From Oligoflexales bacterium (GTDB lineage: Bacteria > Bdellovibrionota_B > Oligoflexia > Oligoflexales > Bog-1112), in NCBI GenBank assembly GCA_045105515.1, contig JBGCDR010000120.1, positions 1 through 16,353 on the forward strand: a stretch of DNA of 16,353 bases, read 5' to 3'. Shown piece after piece: positions 7,778 through 16,353 of this stretch. Numbering within the stretch: position 1 is the stretch's first letter; every line of letters starts with the position of its first letter. Position numbers and translations under genes: made by a program. The notes beneath the pieces are model-generated. The model was not told where the DNA came from. It did not search any database and worked only from the letters and a program-made list of their open reading frames with translations.

Positions 7778-8176
7778 CCTCTTAATGTTCGGCGAGTTGG
7801 GCGAGAACTTATCCTCAAATATCCTGTTTTGCTAGCATGATCATAGTTACTGCGAAAATTAAATGATATTTATACCCACCTAGATATCCCGTGAATAAAT
7901 AAGTGTAAAATTAATTATAAAAGTTAATGCTAAACTCTATGTCCTCTCCTTCCGAAAAGCTTAAATATGGAGGGTTCTAGTTGGCAGAATCCAAGGAAAA
8001 GGACTTATAGTTACCAGAAGGAGTGCAAAGTAATGTTGCAGCAACAAGGTTTATCTACATCTCATGTATTGACCAAGTATGAGCGTGAACCTTATGGGGT
8101 TTATGAAGAGGGAATCGTTGTTAAGCTCTTGATGGCATTAACAATTTGTACCTGTACTTAAGCAGCTTTTGCAAGC

Positions 8177-8212
8177 GTTCTCGGCCTTTTTGCTATGGGC
8201 TTTACCGAGAAC
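8177..8212 (-). terminator. Hairpin downstream of the amino-acid dehydrogenase gene, possible terminator or 3' stabiliser
   Basis: GTTCTCGG (8177-8184) and CCGAGAAC (8205-8212) form a perfect 8-bp inverted repeat about 40 nt after the stop. The loop is long and there is no clean adjacent U tract. Confidence 0.3.
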
Positions 8213-8249
8213 TTCAGCTCAGTAATTGGTTTTCTTCCTTAAACATTTT

Positions 8250-9377
8250 TCACCCTGAGGCCTGCTTTCGATGCTTAGGAGAGATCCAGCTTTGGTTGTC
8301 GTAGGTATTGGTTAATTTTCTGTCTCCCTGCTTTTTTTGCTCCGAAATGATAGATTGAGCATATATATTGCTGGCTTCCAGGGTTGAGATCTGTTTTTTA
8401 TTAGCTTCCCTAAAGATATCTAGCAGTGCATCGTAGATTTTTTCTGCATCTGCTTTTGCTGCCGATTCGTTGTATCCCTTTAGTTCATGGCTGACGTTGA
8501 TAAGCCCTCCAGCATTGATGACGTAATCGGGAGCGTACAGGATCTGTTTTTCTTCAATCATCTGCATATGTTTGTTTTCGTCGAGCAGTTGGTTGTTGGC
8601 AGCTCCAGCAATAATGCCTGCCTTAATTTCGGGAATTGTTTTATCATTTAGACTTGCGCCAAGGGCACAAGGTGCATAAATGTCCACTTCCTGGCTATGA
8701 ATTTCTTCAAGTGGGACCACTTGTGCTCCAAAATTTTTTTGTATTTTTTTCAGAGCAGCTTCGTTTATATCAGAAATAAACAACTTAGCACCATGTTCAT
8801 GTAGCATCTCACACAGGTTTCCACCAACGGATCCTATGCCTTGAACAGCAACCTTCACGCCTTTTAAATCAGTTTTTTGATATTTGAATTGCATGCATGC
8901 ATTGATTCCTTGGAAAACCCCGTAAGCAGTCACTGGGGATGGGTTACCTGAGCCACCTTCTTGCATGCTTTTACCGGTAACATAGTTAGTTTCACTGGCA
9001 ATATGACCGATATCTTCTTCATTCATATTTACATCTTCAGCGGTAATGTAGCGACCATTTAAGCTTTGTATAAATCTGCCAAAGCGTTTAAATAAAAGAG
9101 GGTTCTTGAGTTTTTTAGGGTCTCCCATAATGACTGCTTTGCCACCCCCTAAACTGAGTCCAGCCACCGCTGCTTTATAGGTCATACCCCGAGATAAACG
9201 CAGTACATCAAAGACAGCTTCATCTTCATTACCATAGTTCCAGAAACGACAACCTCCCAAAGCTGGTCCCAATGTTGTATCATGGATAGCTATGATTGCC
9301 TGCAGTTCCGTTTCTGTATCTTGGCAAAACACCACTTGCTCATGACCCAATTTTTTTATCATCTCCGAGATAACCAT
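8250..9377 (-). CDS. ldh: Leucine dehydrogenase (Glu/Leu/Phe/Val dehydrogenase family)
   Basis: HEQVVFCQD, IIAIHDTTLGPALGGCR, LRLSRGMTYK, LGGGKAVI, YITAEDV, SGNPSPVTAYGV, Rossmann VAVQGIGSVG, APCALG, AGAANNQL, YAPDYVINAGGLI. Confidence 0.9.
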   Translation of the reverse strand: MVISEMIKKLGHEQVVFCQDTETELQAIIAIHDTTLGPALGGCRFWNYGNEDEAVFDVLRLSRGMTYKAAVAGLSLGGGKAVIMGDPKKLKNPLLFKRFGRFIQSLNGRYITAEDVNMNEEDIGHIASETNYVTGKSMQEGGSGNPSPVTAYGVFQGINACMQFKYQKTDLKGVKVAVQGIGSVGGNLCEMLHEHGAKLFISDINEAALKKIQKNFGAQVVPLEEIHSQEVDIYAPCALGASLNDKTIPEIKAGIIAGAANNQLLDENKHMQMIEEKQILYAPDYVINAGGLINVSHELKGYNESAAKADAEKIYDALLDIFREANKKQISTLEASNIYAQSIISEQKKQGDRKLTNTYDNQSWISPKHRKQASG

Positions 9378-9673
9378 AAAAAAATATCCTTATGCTGCGA
9401 TTCTTCTCTGGTGTGTGAGTCTTTTCTAAAGGTTTAAGATCCGACAACACCTTAAAGAATATGACCGTGAAACGAGCGAATTCTAATTGAGTATAGGCTG
9501 TAATGTGTTAATAAAAAAACCAAAAAGAGCAGCCTCTTTACCAGGAGGGTCCCGATTTTCTTCTTTATAGAGCAGCTTTAGAGAGGTGCAAACATAGTTG
9601 ACTTAGCGATTGTTAGCTTGTTACTTTAATGCCTTATTTGTCCTTGAACTGCTTCAATTGTAAGGGAGAAACA

Positions 9674-10951
9674 TTGCAGACATTAAACAGGTTTTTGAGA
9701 GTCCTAGGACCTGGTTTACTCTATGCAGGTGCAGCGATTGGTGTTTCTCATATTGTTCAGTCCACGAGGGCAGGTGCTTCTTATGGGTTTCAACTTGTGT
9801 GGGTAATTATCCTTGCGAATCTTCTTAAGTACCCTTTCTTTGAGCTCGGTCCTCGCTTCGCTGCCGTCACCGGTAAGAGTCTTCTTGAAGGCTACGAGTC
9901 TTTGGGTAGGTGGGCGCTTCCTCTGTTTTTGCTCATGACCATGGCTTCGATGTTTATTACCATAGCTGCAATAACCCTCGTTACTGCAGGGATTTTTCAA
10001 AGTATCTTTAATCTTCCATATAGCACTGTGGTTTGGTGTTTTGTTACTCTTGGTGTAAGTGTTTCGATTCTCTTGAACGGTCACTATGCTGTCTTGGATC
10101 GGATTACTAAGTTCGTTGTTTTGCTCTTGAGTTTAACCACTCTTACAGCAGTAATTTTAGTATTTAGTAAACAGAGTAATTTTGACTTTAAACACTCCAA
10201 TCAATTCGTATTTCATAATAAGGATGATTTGTTTTTTCTTCTTGCTTTTATGGGATGGATGCCTGCTCCCATAGAGATTTCTGTTTGGCACTCACTTTGG
10301 ACTTTAGAGAATAAGAAATTAAAGAATGATAAAATTTCATTAAAGGAAGTGCTCACTGACTTCAATGTGGGCTTTTGGGGTACTATTATCTTAGCCTTGG
10401 CTTTTGTTAGTCTCGGAGCTTGTCTGATGTATCCAACAGGTATCCGTTTTTCCCCGCAAGCAATCCCATTTTCTGAGCAGTTTATCGGCCTATATACCAA
10501 AAGTATCGGTGATTGGACTTATCCAATCGTCGCTTTTTCAGCCTTAGCGACAATGTTTAGTACAATGCTTACTTGTCTCGATGCGTACCCGCGGGTGACT
10601 GCTAGTGCAATGAATTTGTGGATAGGAAAATGGCTTGAGCAACAGGAAAATCGGAGTGCTTCTTTGTTGCTGACCTACCGTTTTTGGATGGGAGTCATTG
10701 TCTTAGGTTCCGGATTCAATTTATTGTTCCTTACAAATAATATGAAAACTCTTGTAGACTTTGCAACTTTTGTTGCTTTTATCTTTGCTCCAGTACTTGC
10801 TGGGATGAACCTAATGTGTGCCCACAAACATCGTCTTAAATGGCAACAACTAACAAGGCCTTTTTGGCTTGTTGCATTAAGTCATGTAGGCATGGTTTAT
10901 CTCGTTGGGTTTAGTCTCTACTTCATACTGATCCAATTTATTACTTTGTAA
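9674..10951 (+). CDS. NRAMP-related (APC-superfamily) membrane transporter, substrate uncertain
   Basis: LGPGLLYAGAAIGVSHIVQSTRAGASYG, LKYPFFELGPRF, MGWMPAPIEISVWHSLW, ATMFSTMLTCLDAYPR; many TM segments. The start is moved to the in-frame TTG at 9674 because AAGGGAG (SD) precedes it. Confidence 0.8.
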   Translation: MQTLNRFLRVLGPGLLYAGAAIGVSHIVQSTRAGASYGFQLVWVIILANLLKYPFFELGPRFAAVTGKSLLEGYESLGRWALPLFLLMTMASMFITIAAITLVTAGIFQSIFNLPYSTVVWCFVTLGVSVSILLNGHYAVLDRITKFVVLLLSLTTLTAVILVFSKQSNFDFKHSNQFVFHNKDDLFFLLAFMGWMPAPIEISVWHSLWTLENKKLKNDKISLKEVLTDFNVGFWGTIILALAFVSLGACLMYPTGIRFSPQAIPFSEQFIGLYTKSIGDWTYPIVAFSALATMFSTMLTCLDAYPRVTASAMNLWIGKWLEQQENRSASLLLTYRFWMGVIVLGSGFNLLFLTNNMKTLVDFATFVAFIFAPVLAGMNLMCAHKHRLKWQQLTRPFWLVALSHVGMVYLVGFSLYFILIQFITL

Positions 10952-10975
10952 GGTGCTCAGGTTTTTAGTATTCAT

Positions 10976-12031
10976 TTAGGCAAAAAGAGAGTCATCAATC
11001 AACTCAATTTTTTTTCGCGAAGGTGCGAACGTTTTAATGAGGCTCTCTAGTTGGTCGTCGCCTAGCAAGAGCTTATTTTGGATCATTTTTAGAGCTTCAT
11101 CGTTAATTTCATGGGGCTTTAGGCGGACCCAATGATCAATGATTGTTGCCAATTCGATGCATTCAAAAATATGAAGCTTTTTTGAATTAGAAGGTAATGG
11201 ATGCCTGTCGCGAAAGTAGTGGAACATATTTGCTAAGTTTTGGGGTAAGCCCCACATGGCGACTGCAACCTCTCCAAGCACATACTCGTTAGGTAAACCC
11301 AAAAAATTGGCAGTTTCATTCCAGCTGGTTTCGACCTTAGGCCTGGACATTAGCATCACAAGCTCATCAACCTTTTCTGGAAAACATATGGCAGCTAGTA
11401 ACTTGCCAATATTAACAAAGCAGCCGAGGAGGTAAGGATGTGTCGGTTCATTTTTGTTGTCGTCCTCAAAGCCGTAGCGAGCAAACACTTCCCGAGCAGC
11501 CTGACCAATCATAAGTGCGCGTTTCCAGTGAGCACTTACACGGTAGGTTTTTGTTTTTAAAGGAAGATTTACCAAAGATGCTGATAGTAAGATTCCAGAT
11601 AAGGTGTTGCGTCCTAGCAGAGCAACGGCATGTTCAATGTCAGTAAGTTCACTCCCTTGCTGAGCCATGCCAGATGCAATTTTCAGGGTAAGGAGGGCTA
11701 ATCCTGGAGACTGCTCCAGCTCATCTTTAATTGTTCGGAAAGTGCTGCTGGGGTCTTCAATTACCTTCTGGAGGTTCATGATCCGGGTGTGGATGCAAGG
11801 GATCTTATTGGATAAGTCGTTTTGCGAATATACTTTTCGGGCTTCGTGTCCCATGAGTAAGGTTGGAGAAAACCAATCAAAGTCACCAGCTTGAATAAAG
11901 AAAGTGGATCCACAGGGACAGTTGAACCAGAGGTTTCTGTCTTCGCATACTCTAATTCTATTACCGCGGTTCACAATGTCATTATTTGTCGCGAACTGGG
12001 TACCGCATGATTTACACTGAACCATAGACAC
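10976..12031 (-). CDS. HDOD-domain signalling protein with a Cys-rich (putative Zn-binding) N-terminal extension
   Basis: HDOD pattern: IP...LQKVIEDPSSTFRTIKDELEQSPGLALLTLKIAS, DIEHAVALLG, HWKRA, YLLGCFVNIGKL, LGEVAVAMWGLP. The N-terminus has CKSC...C...WFNCPCGST. Confidence 0.8.
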   Translation of the reverse strand: MSMVQCKSCGTQFATNNDIVNRGNRIRVCEDRNLWFNCPCGSTFFIQAGDFDWFSPTLLMGHEARKVYSQNDLSNKIPCIHTRIMNLQKVIEDPSSTFRTIKDELEQSPGLALLTLKIASGMAQQGSELTDIEHAVALLGRNTLSGILLSASLVNLPLKTKTYRVSAHWKRALMIGQAAREVFARYGFEDDNKNEPTHPYLLGCFVNIGKLLAAICFPEKVDELVMLMSRPKVETSWNETANFLGLPNEYVLGEVAVAMWGLPQNLANMFHYFRDRHPLPSNSKKLHIFECIELATIIDHWVRLKPHEINDEALKMIQNKLLLGDDQLESLIKTFAPSRKKIELIDDSLFA

Positions 12032-12074
12032 CTTACCGTAGCTTGTTACTAGATTGTTTATGTTTCATTATAGC

Positions 12075-12917
12075 TCAAACATCGTCAGCGTTCTGTTTTA
12101 CAGTGCTTTTAAAACTATATTTTCGGCTTAAAATTGGGTTGCTATTGCCTTGAATTATGAAAATGCGTTTAGCTCGTTTGATTTCTTGGGAGCTAGGAGG
12201 GTAACTGCGATCCCATGCTTCAAACAGTTTGGTATTCTTGCGAGAAATAATGCCATGACCAGGATAGGCATGTTGCATATACTGATAGGTGCGGGCGATA
12301 AACCCCTTAACTTGATCGCGGGGCTCAATCATTCCAGCACCAATTCGGGTATTACAGTTACCAAAACTAAGGGACTCTCCAGTTAAAATCCCCATGGGTA
12401 GGTTACTGCGACGCATGTTAACTTCACCAATCGCAGGCACTAAATTGTAAAGATCTGATTCCATAAGCTTGAATTTAGAAGACGCTTTGCGAGCGCATTT
12501 CCGGCCCTTATATTTTTTTCCTTTGGAGTTTATGCAGTCCGGATGCCCTTTGCGCCATGACACAAAAGAACGGCCAAAATCGTATGCTGGGACAACATGC
12601 TCCCACTCAACTCGGTAGGAACGTTCATCTTCTTGAATTGGTTTAAAACCGCAGGAATGATGATTCACCACTTTGTCTTTGAAGCTGCATCCGCAATAGA
12701 ATGTTGTTTCCATGCCTTTATAGAGTTCATGAGCTTTCTTTTTTGCCTGATAGAAGCTTTTTATCGTTTTATTACCTGCTTGCGAATTATTCAGTGTTTT
12801 AGGTTTGTCATTTTGTCCTGTGAACTTTATTAAATTAGGTTCGAGGACTCTAACATAGACAACGATTCCTAATATCATTGCAAAAAGGGCTGCAGTCATT
12901 GTCTTGGGATTATGCAC
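12075..12917 (-). CDS. endA: Endonuclease I family (EndA/Dns/Vvn-like) exported DNase with an N-terminal membrane anchor or signal
   Basis: TFYCGC, RVEWEHVVPA, GRKCA, MESDLYNLVPAIGEVNMRRSN, EPRDQVKGFIARTYQYM, LFEAWDRSYP. The likely start is GTG at 12917, 5 nt after a perfect TAAGGAGG SD. Confidence 0.9.
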   Translation of the reverse strand: MHNPKTMTAALFAMILGIVVYVRVLEPNLIKFTGQNDKPKTLNNSQAGNKTIKSFYQAKKKAHELYKGMETTFYCGCSFKDKVVNHHSCGFKPIQEDERSYRVEWEHVVPAYDFGRSFVSWRKGHPDCINSKGKKYKGRKCARKASSKFKLMESDLYNLVPAIGEVNMRRSNLPMGILTGESLSFGNCNTRIGAGMIEPRDQVKGFIARTYQYMQHAYPGHGIISRKNTKLFEAWDRSYPPSSQEIKRAKRIFIIQGNSNPILSRKYSFKSTVKQNADDV

Positions 12918-13043
12918 ACGAACCTCCTTAGAAACTTTACAGGGCATTATATAGCCGCAGATATTAAAACTCTAAATATATTACGGCAAGACTATCAGAA
13001 ATGCAGTGTGCTATACTGGCAAAAAAAGATAAGTGAGGGCACT

Positions 13044-13465
13044 ATGAAATTTCTCTTTCCTCTTGAGATCGCGCTGATAGATGATGAGCCTGATATTGTT
13101 GAAATGACTAATATGGCAGTGTCTCGCGCTTTGAAGAGTTTACCCCTCTTTGTTTTAGTGATGGGGCAGAGGCACTCAAAGTGATTGAGGAAAGAAAAGT
13201 CAGAGTTATCTGCACTGACCTTTTAATGCCTGGTACCGATGGTCAGGATATTATTGATGCGTGCAAGAATTTCTCGTGGAACACTGACATCATTGTAATG
13301 ACAGGTATTGCTAACATCGAGAGAGCATTCAAGTGCTTTGACTCTGGAGCATGGGAAGTCTTATTAAAGCCAGTTGATCTTTCAAGAATTTGTGCTGCCC
13401 TTAACCGAGTGGTAGATCGCTATCAGCTTTGGCATGCGACTTGCGATAGGCTGGGTATTGAATAA
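13044..13465 (+). pseudogene. Single-domain response regulator (receiver) interrupted by a 1-nt frameshift near 13130; recent pseudogene or sequencing error
   Basis: ATG 13044 follows GAGGG and gives MKFLFPLEIALIDDEPDIVEM...VSRA. The -1 frame continues FEEFTPLCFSDGAEALKVIEERKVRVICTDLLMPGTDG...IIVMTG...LLKPVD. The span is 422 nt, so one added base gives an intact 140-aa receiver. Confidence 0.85.
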
Positions 13466-13472
13466 AAGCTTC

Positions 13473-14186
13473 TTAAAGTGCATTCAAACCATTTTGGCTA
13501 CGTTTCTGATATAAACGATTTGTAAGCAGTAAAACAAAAGATAGGACCAATGAGACTAAGGCCAAGGTCCAAGCTTCGGTATCTCTGCCATTAATTGTGC
13601 GAGCGTAAATGGCAAGAGAAAGAGTTTCAGTTTGCCCAGGGATCAGTCCTGCTACCATAATAGTCGAACCAAATTCGCCTAAAGACCTTGCTACTGCAAG
13701 AACGCAGCCGTTGGTGATGCCAGGTAAAGCAAGAGGAATCGTAACTTGAGTGAAGGTTTGACGCTTGGTTAAACCGAAAGACTTTGCAAGCTCCTCTAGG
13801 CTGTCGGGGATTTGCGCAAATGATTGTTGGCAGGCTCGCATTAATAGCGGGAAGCTTACAAATGCAGCAGCGACCACAGCAGCTTTCCAGTTGAGCAGTA
13901 AATTTATGCCAAAGTACTTGAAGAGTAAGCCTCCCAGTATTCCTTCGGGAGATAGGATAGTTAGCAGGAGTAGGCCACAGCTAGAAGGCGGCAAGACCAT
14001 AGGCAGAAGTAATATGGCTTCGCCGATGCTTACCAAAGGGCCTTTTTTATGAGAGAGCCACCACCCTATTGAAATGCCAGGGGCTAGAATTGAAAGTAAT
14101 GCACACAAGCTTACTTTCAAAGAAAGTAGGCTGATCGAACTTAGCTCATTGATAGGCAACCTGTGACCCAGCCCCTCTAAAGCCAT
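13473..14186 (-). CDS. modB: Molybdate ABC transporter permease
   Basis: LSLKVS, LLPMVLPPS, WKAAVVAAAFVSFPLL, EAA-like loop LEELAKSFG, VTIPLALPGI, ARSLGEFGSTIMVAGLIPGQTETL. It overlaps the end of modA; the exact start is uncertain. Confidence 0.92.
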   Translation of the reverse strand: MALEGLGHRLPINELSSISLLSLKVSLCALLSILAPGISIGWWLSHKKGPLVSIGEAILLLPMVLPPSSCGLLLLTILSPEGILGGLLFKYFGINLLLNWKAAVVAAAFVSFPLLMRACQQSFAQIPDSLEELAKSFGLTKRQTFTQVTIPLALPGITNGCVLAVARSLGEFGSTIMVAGLIPGQTETLSLAIYARTINGRDTEAWTLALVSLVLSFVLLLTNRLYQKRSQNGLNAL

Positions 14187-14952
14187 GTTTACTAAAGATA
14201 GCTTGCCCCTGTGATGAACCCAAAAAGTCCAAATAAGAATTTGCGATATTTCGTAAATCCTTACCTGAACGTGTTAGAATCAAACCAAGATATTCAATAG
14301 GAGGATGATCTTTTGGAGAGGCTTCTTTGATCACTTTAACTCTCTTGGAATCGGAAAATGCATCAGTAAGGTACACAAAACCATATGTAGTTGTTTTGTT
14401 TGCTACCATTCCTAATATACTCCTAGCATGGTCAGTATAAACAAACTTTGGTTTAAACTGTTCGAACAGGCCAAGATGACGCAAATAGTTTTGTGCATAA
14501 AAGCCTATAGGGACTGCTATATCGCACATGGCTATTTTCACGTTAGCAGTTTTTACTATCTTTTCTAGGCTTATATTCTGCAACTTATTTTCAATAGAGC
14601 TGACAAGTACTAAGCGATTAGAAGCAATTGATTTTAGGCTCTTTTTTATTCCAAGCTGGATTCTAATGATTTCATCTGCTGGTTCCCTAGCGGCAGAAAT
14701 AAAGATATCAAGGGGAGCACCCCATTTGATTTGTCTAATGAGGGTCGAGGTTCCAGCAAAATTGTAGGTGGGCTTTGCTGTTACTCCTGAGCTTTTCACC
14801 CAGGATTCACCTACTTCTTTCAGTACATCTTGAAGCGAAGCTGCAGCACCTATGTTTAGCTGATCCTGAGCAGCTTCGAGATTGGTGCCAAACAATGCTA
14901 AAAAATTACATACTATTAGTAGGATGATGACAATTTTACCCAGCATAAACAT
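14146..14952 (-). CDS. modA: Molybdate ABC transporter substrate-binding protein
   Basis: Signal peptide, then AAASLQDVL, NFAGTSTLIRQIKWGAPLDIFISA, IASNRLVLV, VPIGFYA, GFVYLTDA and HPPIEY. Confidence 0.92.
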   Translation of the reverse strand: MFMLGKIVIILLIVCNFLALFGTNLEAAQDQLNIGAAASLQDVLKEVGESWVKSSGVTAKPTYNFAGTSTLIRQIKWGAPLDIFISAAREPADEIIRIQLGIKKSLKSIASNRLVLVSSIENKLQNISLEKIVKTANVKIAMCDIAVPIGFYAQNYLRHLGLFEQFKPKFVYTDHARSILGMVANKTTTYGFVYLTDAFSDSKRVKVIKEASPKDHPPIEYLGLILTRSGKDLRNIANSYLDFLGSSQGQAIFSKHGFRGAGSQVAYQ

Positions 14953-15025
14953 TAGACCCTTTACTAAGCCAAGCTTAAGTATAGTCCTAATACTATATTG
15001 GAGTTATTTTTACAAAGCGAAAAGC

Positions 15026-15712
15026 TTAGACAGCAATGAGTCTGGGAATTACTTCTTGGACGCTTTTTTCTATCAAGCCTCCATGTCCAATGATAATCCG
15101 GTCAATCTTCCACTGTTCGAGTTTTCTAATTGCTTCGTTATATTTCTGCTTGTCCCTAATAAAATATCTAAATAGCCTGGATTGAGATGGTTTGCTCCCA
15201 TCGATTCCCATAATTGGAAATAGCAGTTTATGCCAAAAACCTTGATTCTTTTTTAAATTAAATAAGAGGTCGCTGGCAATGAGTGTGCACGATGCCTTAT
15301 GATAAAACACATATTCATTAACAAAAGGCATTCCAGTGATAGCCAGGATTTCTAACTCATCAGACCATGCAGGCTTACTGTCGAAGCTTAGTGCACTGCT
15401 ATTTTTGATCTTAGAAATCATTTTAGGTTTTTTCTTCTCAAGGCCTGGAGCATAGAAATAATGTGCGTCAGAAAATTTGTCCATGAAATATTCTGCATAG
15501 AGATGGTGAAAAGTATTTGGAGAGACAACGGAATTTACTGGACCGAGTGAATCCAAATGCCTGATGAGCTCGTCGCTTGGCTCAATAGGGGAATGAATCC
15601 AAAGTGAATGGTCTTGCAAGCGAATAATGGTCATGACGGTCCCAAAATCTATTCCGAGTAGATTCAATGGTTGTCTAACTATCCATAAATTATCATGAAG
15701 ATATTCAAGCAT
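15026..15712 (-). CDS. DUF4336 family protein (metallo-beta-lactamase-like fold)
   Basis: MTIIRLQDHSLWIHSPI, LGPVNSVVSPNTFHHLY, EYVFYHKASCTLIASDLLFN, IIIGHG. The likely start is ATG at 15712, preceded by GGGAG, rather than 15820. Confidence 0.85.
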   Translation of the reverse strand: MLEYLHDNLWIVRQPLNLLGIDFGTVMTIIRLQDHSLWIHSPIEPSDELIRHLDSLGPVNSVVSPNTFHHLYAEYFMDKFSDAHYFYAPGLEKKKPKMISKIKNSSALSFDSKPAWSDELEILAITGMPFVNEYVFYHKASCTLIASDLLFNLKKNQGFWHKLLFPIMGIDGSKPSQSRLFRYFIRDKQKYNEAIRKLEQWKIDRIIIGHGGLIEKSVQEVIPRLIAV

Positions 15713-16091
15713 GGATTGCTCCCAGCTAGTGTGACAGATCAGATATTTCCTAGGGGGAAATACGTAGGCTTTAAAAACTGTTTCATTACTATAGGCTACA
15801 TAGTTCCTGTATTGAGCCAATAAAGCAAGTCATAAGTTGAAAATCTAAAAAAGAACTGTTGCTGAAGGGATAATAACCATAGGATCATATAGTTGAAACT
15901 CCGATCACGCTTCCTTTTTAGCTTTAACAAGAAATTGTTCCACCTGCATTTTATATTTACATAAGAATGCAAAAATTAAGAGTTTCTATAACTATTATTT
16001 TATTTTCATGGACTTGGTTTTAAAAAATAATAATTTCTAAAGAAAAATTGTTCTAATCCGAAGGGTCTGCAGATTGTTTGGGATTTGAACG

Positions 16092-16353
16092 ATGGAACAA
16101 CAGCCTTCTAATATTCTGGATTTCGTAGCCTCAAAGGTTCAGCACTCTGTTCCTTTGGAAGTGCCACTTTGCGTCGATCTAGATGGGACTCTTGTAAATA
16201 CCGATACATTATGGGAGTCATTTCTCTTACTTTGTAAAAAAAATCTCGGTTCTGCATTTCTCACCCTCTTTTATATCTTTAAGGGGAAACAGTTTTTTAA
16301 AGCGAACATTGCAAATAAGATTCATCTCGATCCAGATTTTTTACCATATAACC
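16092..16353 (+). CDS. 5' part of a HAD-like domain protein, probably the HAD-UbiA prenyltransferase fusion; truncated by the window edge
   Basis: Not in the ORF track. Manual translation from ATG 16092 gives MEQQPSNILDFVASKVQHSVPLEVPLCVDLDGTLVNTDTLWESFLLL...GKQFFKANIANKIHLDPDFLPYN, open to the edge. PLCVDLDGTL..TD.L.ES and LPYN are typical of that fusion. Confidence 0.8.
   Translation, partial: MEQQPSNILDFVASKVQHSVPLEVPLCVDLDGTLVNTDTLWESFLLLCKKNLGSAFLTLFYIFKGKQFFKANIANKIHLDPDFLPYN

Noticed and set aside
7967..8161. 64-aa plus-strand ORF between uvrA and ldh
   Set aside because: It has no recognisable motif and no convincing SD. It cannot be supported as a gene, though not strictly excluded.
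3826..15175. Numerous short ORFs antisense to or nested in gltS, uvrA, the transporter, HDOD, endA, modAB and DUF4336 genes
   Set aside because: They are shadow ORFs of well-supported genes and have no motifs of their own.

Overview
Bacterial chromosomal window, moderately AT-rich. The gene content suggests Bdellovibrionota/Oligoflexia, but this is an inference. Most of it is recognisable housekeeping: an exported Cys-type glutathione peroxidase, gltS, uvrA, a Leu/Phe/Val dehydrogenase, an NRAMP-like transporter, endonuclease I, modA-modB (no modC here), a DUF4336 protein and the truncated start of a HAD-UbiA prenyltransferase. The first 3.6 kb is the unusual part. It holds two tandem arrays (24-bp and 50-bp units), both apparently built from GTCA/CGTC-headed REP-like palindromes. 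It also holds a decayed sensor histidine kinase and a TIGR02147/DUF4423-like HTH protein tightly coupled to a 55-aa secreted-type peptide ending in HGGGGSN, a candidate peptide/regulator module. Further right are an HDOD protein with an unannotated Cys-rich N-terminal domain and a single-domain response regulator split by a 1-nt frameshift. No CRISPR array, tRNA, rRNA or transposase was seen. All family calls come from motif recognition, not database searches.
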